A DNA stretch of 64,000 nucleotides from Saprospiraceae bacterium. GTDB taxonomy: Bacteria; Bacteroidota; Bacteroidia; Chitinophagales; Saprospiraceae. The DNA is taken from the NCBI GenBank assembly GCA_016717105.1, contig JADKGF010000001.1:23887-87886 (forward strand). The letters are read 5' to 3'. Shown piece by piece: positions 52,201 to 60,436 of this stretch (positions are counted from its first letter, which is position 1; the number at the start of each line of letters is the position of its first letter). The translations under genes were made by a program, and so were the position numbers. The notes under the pieces are model-generated. The model saw nothing but the letters and a program-made list of their open reading frames with translations, searched no databases and was not told the origin of the DNA.

Positions 52201-53127
52201 GGATTGCAACCTACATAGTCATCATTATAACATCCTAATTCTGGATCAATCCACCAACTAAAGTAACAATCTATAAGGTCTTCAGGGGCCTTGCTTATAA
52301 GTTTATATTGATAGAATGTCATATCATTGAGTTCGTTTGTAGTATTATAAGCAAATGCACTCACTTGAAATTCCATTTGCAACTTTGCTTGTTTTGTAAA
52401 CGTCTGTGGACCACCTGCATCATTAAAAATAAAAAAATTAATCTCCGCCGGTATTTTGTATATTCCATTTGCACATGAAGCATTATCTATGATGGGATAA
52501 TCACCCAAACAAGGATCATAATAGCCATCATCATTCTCATCAAAATAATTGGCCAATGGTTGGTCAGGTAGTTTCCACCCATATTTTTCTTCAAAATACG
52601 GATTTCCTTGAGCTGGCCAGTATAAAATGTCGTCTGTAATATCATTGCAACTCAATCCTGTTTGGTTTTCCAAAGCTTCTTTATAGTTCTGTATATGCTG
52701 CATGATATTATTTCCTTTGACAGTAAAGATTTTATCCCATTGGTCACAGGCTGTTGCTTCGGTTGTACCTAAAATATCTAATGGTCCTGAATAGAAATCA
52801 CTACCATCATAACTATGAAATTTGGCAGAAACCTTGATGGAGCCTGAACGATCCACGCCACCCATCCAAACTCCAGCGCCATAAATAGCAGATACAGGTA
52901 TAGACACAGATGCTGGCGTTAAATAATTTCCTCATAATATTTATCATTAAACAAATTACCACCTGAAAATATTTTAGCTCTGACGTTATTTACGTGCATC
53001 TCATACGCAGCAACAGGACTGGTACAAGCTGCCAAAAATAAATCTGTTTTTGTGGAGATGTGGCATGTAATCCTAGAGAAAGACAAAAAAACCAGCCTAT
53101 AATGATGATTGATTTTAAATTTTTCAT
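49218..53127 (-). CDS. Large (~1300 aa) secreted T9SS-cargo protein, paralogue B, frame broken twice near the 5' end (ORF pieces 49218..52907, 52919..53158 and an unlisted first piece from 53127)
   Basis: The ATG at 53127 gives MKNLKSIIIIGWFFCLSLGLHATSPQK, near-identical to the paralogue A signal peptide. Frame changes lie at T5 53047-53051 (T6 in paralogue A) and near 52927-52933. The C-terminal ~90 aa form a T9SS CTD (IYVNPNPVRLSN...GLYLISIKDKKSGKMSTLKWVGL). Confidence 0.85.
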
Positions 53128-53164
53128 CGTATTCTTTTTTGATTTGGTTCATATTCAAAAATTG

Positions 53165-56100
53165 TCACAAGCCGACCCATTTTAAGGTGGACATTTTACC
53201 TGATTTCTTGTCTTTGATACTTATGAGATACAAACCAGGTAAAAAGCGACTTCCTTCCAAGGTAAATTCTGTAGATGTACTGCCCGGTCCGAGGTAAGTC
53301 TGTTTGTCACCAGATGATGCGTCTGCTTTCCACCTAACTTGTCCTTGCATATCCATGATTTGAATTTCTGTATCATCTGGTAGATTTAGGAGTCGAAATA
53401 CAGTCGAATTATTGCTTAGTCTTACAGGATTGGGATTAACATAGATATTGTCTAATGTTATATTATTTTGAGCATTAGGATCCAATTTTTCAAATCCAAA
53501 TTCATAAACTGGGTTATCGCCAGTTGTCAGGCAAGCTCTTTCTTTTTCAACCTGATATATTCGACTGCTAGAATACGTATTGTCCACTCTTATGCTTACT
53601 GTAAGGTCATTGGGGATGAGCCCGTTGGTCAATGATGCAAGTGATAATACTGGAAAAGATGTCCATGTAATAGCTGATATTACCTTAGCTTTATTAATTA
53701 TACTAGGACCGGCACCTGATGCTGAACGTTTTAGTCTTTCACCAAATGCCGCACATCCATCATACTCCATTCTGGTTACATAAATATAATGTTGTGCTCC
53801 AGCAATTAATGCTAATATTTGCTCTGATGGTAGATTTGAATTTAACAATTCTTCTATTATCAATTCAGATGATGGATTAAAGATCATATCGCCTCCAATT
53901 GGTTTTTGGCCTTGCATATGCGTGGCATTTTCACCAGAATAGATACTGTTTTCACCAAAAAATATATTCAATCGCTTTCCTGTTTCGACATCAACTGCAT
54001 ATCCTGGGAAGTAAGAAAAACCTGTAGAGACTGGAATTTCAACGCCATTTTCATCTATTGATGGTGATATACGCATTTCAAAATTTTTTGTATTGCCAAT
54101 TGTTTCAAGACCTGTAGTTGTTTGGTCAACGAATCCCGTTTCTACCACAATACATTTACTCCACTTAGATTTATCGCTTGTAAAAATTATGTCCACATTA
54201 TTTAAATCCCTATATCTTAAGCTTGGCGCATTTGCAGACGTAACATAAGCCATAACATCTCTGTTTGCAGGGCTCAAGTAATAAGGAAAGTCAAATTGGG
54301 TTTCAAATTTGGATGTTATAAAAGGCGTAAAAAATCCATCTCCCATTCGTGAAAGTTTAGCATCTGGATCTTTGACATTATTATCTTTGACAAAATCAAA
54401 TGATTTATAGATTTGCCCATCATAAATACCACCATCTTTGATCGCATTGTACCAAAATGGTCCTGTTTTGTCTTTGTATTCAAGCCTTACATCAACGCCA
54501 CCATTGTTTTCGTAGGCATTCTCGCCTGGATTTTCATAATTTTGAATTGTGATTGAAAATCCTAATTCATTAAGCATGTATTCTTTGACGGACCACAGTG
54601 GTTTGTCTTCAAGTAGTACAATATTGTTTGTAATATCCGTAAGTTTCCACACTGCATCTTCCTTATATTTACAGAAATCGAAATAATTATCCATTGTGCC
54701 TGTGATTTCCAAACGGTATTTGTTCTTATTTATTTTTGTTACATCCGTTACCACAGCTTGCAATGGTCCGTATCCTGTTTTATAATTTACCTTGCCGTCG
54801 AAGTTCGGACTCAAGATTTTGTCATACATGTCGTCTTCCATCTTAAGAAATACATGTGGATTGCCTTCACCAGAAATTCTTGTTACTTTGAGTTGTGGTA
54901 CATTTTCATCGAGCGTAAATTTTGGAGCTATAGTGTACACCTTGAAGTTGTTAGTTCCTTCGATATATGGTGTTTTTTGTCCCAAATTTTCGATACTGTC
55001 GAAATCCTTCCAATTATTATGTGCATAAGCCACAGCACAAAAATGATAATTTTTACTATTGATCAACGTCTTTTCTCCAGTCGCAAATAAATCTTCAGTA
55101 ATATTATATGTATGTTGAAGCCCTTCATTTTCACCTTTAACTTTTAATACTTTTTGCCAAATGTACTTTTCCGCACTTGCTGATGTATCAGGATTTAGGG
55201 ACAAATTCCAATTATAAATATCTTGTACATTATTTTTGATATCGGTCTGCCCTACCAATCTTGCATATTGCGGATCATTAAGCTGATCAACTCTAACCTT
55301 TGCATTTGCTAATTGATATACTTTGTATCCTTCAAATCTGAATTTTGAATCCAAATTGGGTCCAAGATTAGGAATGGTATAGGAAAAACCTTCATTAAAA
55401 TTATTTGACTTTTTACCGTTTTCCAGTTTCAGTGTTAATGCTAAATTTTTCTGTTCGAAAGTAATATCTGGCGCATCAGGCCCTGTGAAATATTCATTCA
55501 ATAAACAATTATCAAATAAATCTTGTGCAATTCTATCGGCATATCTCAACTTAGTAAGGTCAGGACAAGGATATGGCACATCTAAAACTGAAAAAACAGA
55601 CAAAGTGAGTGTATTGGTTGTTCCTGGTGACATCAACATAGAACCAACGGACATTAACATTCTTCTATCTTCTTTTGGCAAATTAGCTGTGCACATAGAC
55701 CAACCATTAGGATCATTTGGGTCATCGGGAAATGCAAATTTCGTAGTGTCTACACTTCCAGGATTATACCCATTACCTCCGAATGTCATTGGTGTCTTAT
55801 CTAACCAATAGCCCTTCATATAACTATAAAACCCATCCTCTTTACCTCGTTGTGGATCAGAAACAAACTGATCTCTTGGACTTTGATAAATAAAAGATGA
55901 CATCTGACCTATGACCAAGGTATCCGCCCTTCCAGAAAATGGTTCGGGATCCATCAATATTTTTTTCCCAGCCGCATCGTAAATAAAGTTACCATTAGCA
56001 TCTCTTTTGAAAACTTTTACAACTTTCGGTCCTTGAACAAAGTCTATTCCAAGAATGGGTATTTCATCGCCATAAGTATTTATGCCTCCACAACCACTAT

Positions 56101-57079
56101 CTTCTCCATCAATGGCATCTTCATTGTAAATATATGCCATTCCTAATTCTGGGTCACAACCTATGTAATCATCGGAATAACATCCTAAATCTGGATCAAG
56201 CCACCAACTAAAGTAACAGTCTATAAGTTCATCTGGTGACTTGTTTATCATTTTATATTGGTAGAATGTCATATCATTGAGTTCGTTTGTGGTATTATAA
56301 GCAAAAGCATTTACTTGAAATTCCATTTGCATACTTTTAGGCCCAGAAAGCGTTTGTGTTCCGCCAGCATCATTAAAAATAAAAAAATTAATCTCAGTCG
56401 GAATTTTGTACTTTTCTTCTGAACATGATGCAATATCTAAAATGGGATAATCACCTAAACAAGGATTATAGTGTCCGTCATTATTCTGATCAAAATAATT
56501 AGCCAATGGTTGATCTGGTAGTTTCCATCCATATTTTTCTTCAAAAAATGGATTTCCTTGAGCTGGCCAATATAAAATGTCGTCTGAAATATCATTACAA
56601 CTTAAAAATGTTTGGTTTTCCAAAGCTTCTTTATAGTTCTGTATATGCTGAAGGATATTACTTCCTTTGACTGTAAAGATTTTGTCCCATTGGCTACAAT
56701 TTGTTGCTTCGGTTGTCCCTAGTATATCTAATGGCCCTGCAAAGAAATCAAAACCTTCACTTTTATACGTGATAGCAGATAGCTTGATGGAGCCTGCTCG
56801 ATCAACGCCACCCATCCACACTCCGCCACTATAAATGGCCGAAACAGTTGGAGACGCAGATGCCGGTGTAAAATAGTTTCCACTACTTTGATCCTTATTA
56901 AACAAAAGACCACCGGAATATAATCTAGCCCTAACATTGTTCACTTGCATCTCGTATGTAGCAACAGGTCTGACACAAGATGCCAACAATAAATCTGTTT
57001 TTTGTGGAGATGTAGCATTAACTCCTAGAGAAAGGCAAAAAAACCAGCCTATAATGATGATTGATTTTAAATTTTTCAT
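53165..57079 (-). CDS. Large (1304 aa) secreted T9SS-cargo protein, paralogue A, unknown function
   Basis: An intact ORF with signal peptide MKNLKSIIIIGWFFCLSLGVNA and a C-terminal T9SS CTD. I recognise no enzymatic motif in between. Confidence 0.85.
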   Translation of the reverse strand: MKNLKSIIIIGWFFCLSLGVNATSPQKTDLLLASCVRPVATYEMQVNNVRARLYSGGLLFNKDQSSGNYFTPASASPTVSAIYSGGVWMGGVDRAGSIKLSAITYKSEGFDFFAGPLDILGTTEATNCSQWDKIFTVKGSNILQHIQNYKEALENQTFLSCNDISDDILYWPAQGNPFFEEKYGWKLPDQPLANYFDQNNDGHYNPCLGDYPILDIASCSEEKYKIPTEINFFIFNDAGGTQTLSGPKSMQMEFQVNAFAYNTTNELNDMTFYQYKMINKSPDELIDCYFSWWLDPDLGCYSDDYIGCDPELGMAYIYNEDAIDGEDSGCGGINTYGDEIPILGIDFVQGPKVVKVFKRDANGNFIYDAAGKKILMDPEPFSGRADTLVIGQMSSFIYQSPRDQFVSDPQRGKEDGFYSYMKGYWLDKTPMTFGGNGYNPGSVDTTKFAFPDDPNDPNGWSMCTANLPKEDRRMLMSVGSMLMSPGTTNTLTLSVFSVLDVPYPCPDLTKLRYADRIAQDLFDNCLLNEYFTGPDAPDITFEQKNLALTLKLENGKKSNNFNEGFSYTIPNLGPNLDSKFRFEGYKVYQLANAKVRVDQLNDPQYARLVGQTDIKNNVQDIYNWNLSLNPDTSASAEKYIWQKVLKVKGENEGLQHTYNITEDLFATGEKTLINSKNYHFCAVAYAHNNWKDFDSIENLGQKTPYIEGTNNFKVYTIAPKFTLDENVPQLKVTRISGEGNPHVFLKMEDDMYDKILSPNFDGKVNYKTGYGPLQAVVTDVTKINKNKYRLEITGTMDNYFDFCKYKEDAVWKLTDITNNIVLLEDKPLWSVKEYMLNELGFSITIQNYENPGENAYENNGGVDVRLEYKDKTGPFWYNAIKDGGIYDGQIYKSFDFVKDNNVKDPDAKLSRMGDGFFTPFITSKFETQFDFPYYLSPANRDVMAYVTSANAPSLRYRDLNNVDIIFTSDKSKWSKCIVVETGFVDQTTTGLETIGNTKNFEMRISPSIDENGVEIPVSTGFSYFPGYAVDVETGKRLNIFFGENSIYSGENATHMQGQKPIGGDMIFNPSSELIIEELLNSNLPSEQILALIAGAQHYIYVTRMEYDGCAAFGERLKRSASGAGPSIINKAKVISAITWTSFPVLSLASLTNGLIPNDLTVSIRVDNTYSSSRIYQVEKERACLTTGDNPVYEFGFEKLDPNAQNNITLDNIYVNPNPVRLSNNSTVFRLLNLPDDTEIQIMDMQGQVRWKADASSGDKQTYLGPGSTSTEFTLEGSRFLPGLYLISIKDKKSGKMSTLKWVGL

Positions 57080-57193
57080 CGTATTCTTTTTTAATTTGTT
57101 TTATATTCAGTCCAAATTTAATGATAACATTCTATTAATCATTAAATTATTAGGATTTAATATCAAATCTGTACCTAAGGCGACTAAAATGCG

Positions 57194-57201
57194 TAATTTT
57201 G
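57194..57201 (+). promoter_or_regulatory. Candidate Bacteroidota -7 promoter box
   Basis: TAATTTTG (TAnnTTTG) ends 17 nt before the GTG start at 57219. Confidence 0.3.
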
Positions 57202-57218
57202 TTATAAATTATTAAAAC

Positions 57219-58985
57219 GTGCAGATAAAATTCAGCCTATTGATTGGTTTTTTTATATCACTAATACAAACATCCGCTCAGGATATAAACATTCATAATA
57301 TGATACAAAATCTGGAAATTCCTTTTGATAAAAACACAAATCAGACGGCTACTTATGAAGAGATTCGGACATTTTATAATCATCTCAATAAGATGAATGA
57401 AATGGTCCAAGTGTCAGATTTTGGGATGACAGACAGCGGGCATCCATTACAAGTAGTAGTCATAGATAAAGATGCTAATTTCTCTCCTGAGCAGATAAGA
57501 AAAGCTGGAAAAGCTATCGTTTGGATCAATAATGGAATCCATCCTGGAGAACCTGATGGCATCGATGCTACAATGTTATTTGTAAGAGAGTTGATGACAA
57601 AAAATCCAAATTGGCTTGACAATGTAAGTCTTGTAATCATACCTGTGTACAATATTGATGGATGTATAAATAGGGCCAGCCATAGTAGAGCCAATCAAAA
57701 TGGACCTGAAACTTATGGCTTTAGAGCCAATGCCAAGAATCTGGATCTCAATCGAGATTTTATCAAATGTGATAGCAAAAATGCAGAAACTTTCAATCGT
57801 TTGTTTAATGAATGGAGCCCGGATATCATGATTGATACCCATACTTCTAATGGTGCTGATTATCAATATACAATGACGCTTATTGCCACCCAAAAAGACA
57901 AACTTCATCCATTGCTTGGTGACTTTCTTAGCCAAAAAATGTTGCCGGTTTTATATGATGATATGAAGGCTGATGGTTGGGAAATGATACCTTATGTCAA
58001 TACTAATGGACTGCCTGAAACAGGGATTTACGGTTTTTTAGATAGTCCCAGATATTCATCAGGTTATGCAGCACTACATCACACCATTAGTTTTATGCCA
58101 GAAACGCACATGCTCAAGCCTTACAAAGATCGGGTATTGAGCACAAAAGCCTTTATTGAAATATGTATAAAGTTTATATCAGAAAATCATAAAGACCTAT
58201 TGCAAACCAGAAACAAGGTAAAAGAATTGATAAAAATGCAGGAAGATTTTGCACTTCAATATGCCCTTGACAAAAAGAAAAAAGACAGCATTCTATTTAA
58301 AGGTTATACAGCAGGTTATAAAAAAAGTCTGGTGAGCGGACAAGATCGGTTGTACTATGACCGTAATAAACCTTGGGAAAAAAACATTAATTATTACAAT
58401 CATTATATTCCAGAATTGACAATAAAAAAGCCAGTAGCTTATGTGATACCCCAAGCCTATGATCGAATCATCCAACTCATGAAGTGGAATGGTGTAAAAA
58501 TTGAAACAATAGAAGCCGATACACTGATGGATGTAGAGATGTATAGAATAGAAAAATATGAGACAAGCAAGTCGCCCTACGAAGGACATTATCCACATTC
58601 TCAGACCAAAGTTTCAGCATTTCAAACAACAAAAAAATGTTATAAAGGTGATTTTATGATCACGACAAATCAAGAATCCAATAGATATATTGTAGAAACC
58701 TTGGAACCTCAAGCTCCAGACAGTTATTTCAATTGGAATTTTTTTGATGGAATATTATCTCAAAAAGAATATTATTCGGATTATGTTTTTGAAGATTCAG
58801 CTGGTGAAATTTTGGAAAATGACCCAGATTTAAGGCATCGCTTGGATCAAAATCGCCAGATGGATACCAAATTTGCCAATGATGCAAGAGCCCAATTGGA
58901 TTTTGTGTACAAAAACTCAGCATATTATGAACCAACGTACATGCTCTATCCAGTTACAAGAATTTTAAATCAAAAAACCAATTAG
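57219..58985 (+). CDS. Secreted M14-family zinc carboxypeptidase-like protein
   Basis: Signal peptide MQIKFSLLIGFFISLIQTSAQ. NNGIHPGEPDG fits the HxxE zinc-ligand motif, with NLDLNRDF and IDTHTSNG as in M14 peptidases. Confidence 0.8.
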   Translation: MQIKFSLLIGFFISLIQTSAQDINIHNMIQNLEIPFDKNTNQTATYEEIRTFYNHLNKMNEMVQVSDFGMTDSGHPLQVVVIDKDANFSPEQIRKAGKAIVWINNGIHPGEPDGIDATMLFVRELMTKNPNWLDNVSLVIIPVYNIDGCINRASHSRANQNGPETYGFRANAKNLDLNRDFIKCDSKNAETFNRLFNEWSPDIMIDTHTSNGADYQYTMTLIATQKDKLHPLLGDFLSQKMLPVLYDDMKADGWEMIPYVNTNGLPETGIYGFLDSPRYSSGYAALHHTISFMPETHMLKPYKDRVLSTKAFIEICIKFISENHKDLLQTRNKVKELIKMQEDFALQYALDKKKKDSILFKGYTAGYKKSLVSGQDRLYYDRNKPWEKNINYYNHYIPELTIKKPVAYVIPQAYDRIIQLMKWNGVKIETIEADTLMDVEMYRIEKYETSKSPYEGHYPHSQTKVSAFQTTKKCYKGDFMITTNQESNRYIVETLEPQAPDSYFNWNFFDGILSQKEYYSDYVFEDSAGEILENDPDLRHRLDQNRQMDTKFANDARAQLDFVYKNSAYYEPTYMLYPVTRILNQKTN

Positions 58986-58986
58986 T

Positions 58987-59859
58987 ATGCGTGTAGCTGG
59001 ATTTACGTTTATAAAAAATGCAATCTTGTATGATTATCCGATTTATGAATCCATTTCTTCTATTCTACCACTCTGCGACGAATTGGTGGTAGCTGTCGGC
59101 AAAAGTGATGATGCCACACTTGACTTGATAAAATCAATAAATTCGCCAAAAATTCAAATTATTGAGACCATCTGGGACGAAAGCCAGAGAGAAGGAGGCC
59201 GAGTTTTGGCCCTAGAGACCGATAAAGCATTTCAGGCCATAAGCGATCAAGCAGATTGGTGTTTTTATATTCAAGGTGATGAAGTCATTCATGAAAATGA
59301 TTATGATAATATTAGGAATGCAATGGCAAAATACAAGGATGATCCTAAAATAGATGGATTATTATTCGAATATTGTCATCTATACGGTTCGTACGATTAT
59401 ATGGCTACTTCATCAGGTTGGTACAAAAATGAAATCCGGATTGTCAAAAACATTAAGCGCATTTATTCGTTCAGAGATGCCCAAGGATTCCGTAAGGATA
59501 ACAATAAAAAGCTGTGTGTCGCAAAAACAGGTGCAACTGTGTATCATTACGGTTGGGTAAAGCCACCATCTAAAATGCAAGCCAAACAAAAATCCTTTCA
59601 GAAACTGTGGCATGATGACCAATGGGTTTCAACCCATGTCGCCGATTCAGAAGAATTTGATTATAGTGGAATTGATGTTTTGGAGCCATTCAATGGTACA
59701 CATCCGTTGGTTATGCAGGAAAGAATTGCTTCAAAAAACTGGAAATTTGACAGAGATATCTCTCAAAATCGTAAAACAGTCAAAGAGACTGTCAAAAAGT
59801 GGTTTAGGCAGTATTTAGGTTTGGATTTTACCTATAAAAATTATATTCTAAAAAAATAA
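58987..59859 (+). CDS. Glycosyltransferase-like protein (GT2-like fold)
   Basis: The N-terminus MRVAGFTFIKNAILYDYPIYESISSILPLCDELVVAVGKSDD matches a family I recall as annotated GT2-like in Bacteroidota. It starts 1 nt after the M14 stop. Confidence 0.6.
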   Translation: MRVAGFTFIKNAILYDYPIYESISSILPLCDELVVAVGKSDDATLDLIKSINSPKIQIIETIWDESQREGGRVLALETDKAFQAISDQADWCFYIQGDEVIHENDYDNIRNAMAKYKDDPKIDGLLFEYCHLYGSYDYMATSSGWYKNEIRIVKNIKRIYSFRDAQGFRKDNNKKLCVAKTGATVYHYGWVKPPSKMQAKQKSFQKLWHDDQWVSTHVADSEEFDYSGIDVLEPFNGTHPLVMQERIASKNWKFDRDISQNRKTVKETVKKWFRQYLGLDFTYKNYILKK

Positions 59860-59876
59860 CAGGTGCGAAGTCGAGC

Positions 59877-60341
59877 CTATAGTTTTATCTTCTTTAGTCG
59901 ATCCATGTCTCTTTTACTGTCTCGCTCTTTGATACTTTCACGTTTATCAAAAGCTTTTTTACCTTGTGCAAGCGCCACTTCAAGTTTCGCAAAACCTCGT
60001 TCGGTAAAGAACAGTCTGTATGGAACAATCGTCAGTCCTTTTTCGGTAACTCTTCTTTCCAATTTGTGCAACTCAGATTTGTGTAGTAAAAGTCGCCTAT
60101 CTCTACGGGCATCGTGATTGTAAATAGTACCATGATCATACTCTGCGATAAACAAACTTTTTACTGTCAGATTGCCATTATCGAAAAGACAATAAGCATC
60201 ATTTAGGTTGGCCAATCCTTGTCTCAATGCCTTCACTTCAGTTCCGGTCAATACCAAGCCTGCTTCAAACATTTGAATGAAACTATATTCAAATTTGGCC
60301 TTTCGGTTTACTATTTCCTTGGTGACAATCTTTGTTCCCAT
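59877..60341 (-). CDS. smpB: SsrA-binding protein
   Basis: The core NRKAKFEY...GTEVKALR...LLLHKSEL...GLTIVPYRLFF...AKLEVALAQGKK is SmpB. The conserved protein starts at the internal Met (cat at 60339-60341). The longer track ORF (to 60512) adds 57 non-conserved residues. Confidence 0.93.
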   Translation of the reverse strand: MGTKIVTKEIVNRKAKFEYSFIQMFEAGLVLTGTEVKALRQGLANLNDAYCLFDNGNLTVKSLFIAEYDHGTIYNHDARRDRRLLLHKSELHKLERRVTEKGLTIVPYRLFFTERGFAKLEVALAQGKKAFDKRESIKERDSKRDMDRLKKIKL

Positions 60342-60436
60342 ACCTTGCGAACTGATAAAGTGTGCAAAGATAAGAAATTTTGAGTTGGATTGCCGAAAAA
60401 TATCTAATTTTGAACCTTTAATATATACACAATACG

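Larger units (their letters stand above)
49213..57110 (-). repeat. Head-to-tail tandem duplication, two units with a period of 3947 nt, each carrying one giant T9SS-cargo gene plus ~30 nt of leader
   Basis: Stop codons lie at 49218 and 53165. The 3' flanks (aattg) and 5' leaders (cgtattctttttt.atttg.tt.atattca) also match. Long identical stretches exist, e.g. 136 nt at 49874-50009. Confidence 0.95.

Noticed and set aside
49213-57110. The 7.9-kb repeat as a mobile element or insertion sequence.
   Set aside because: There is no transposase, integrase, terminal inverted repeat or target-site duplication. The repeat unit is simply one cargo gene plus its leader.
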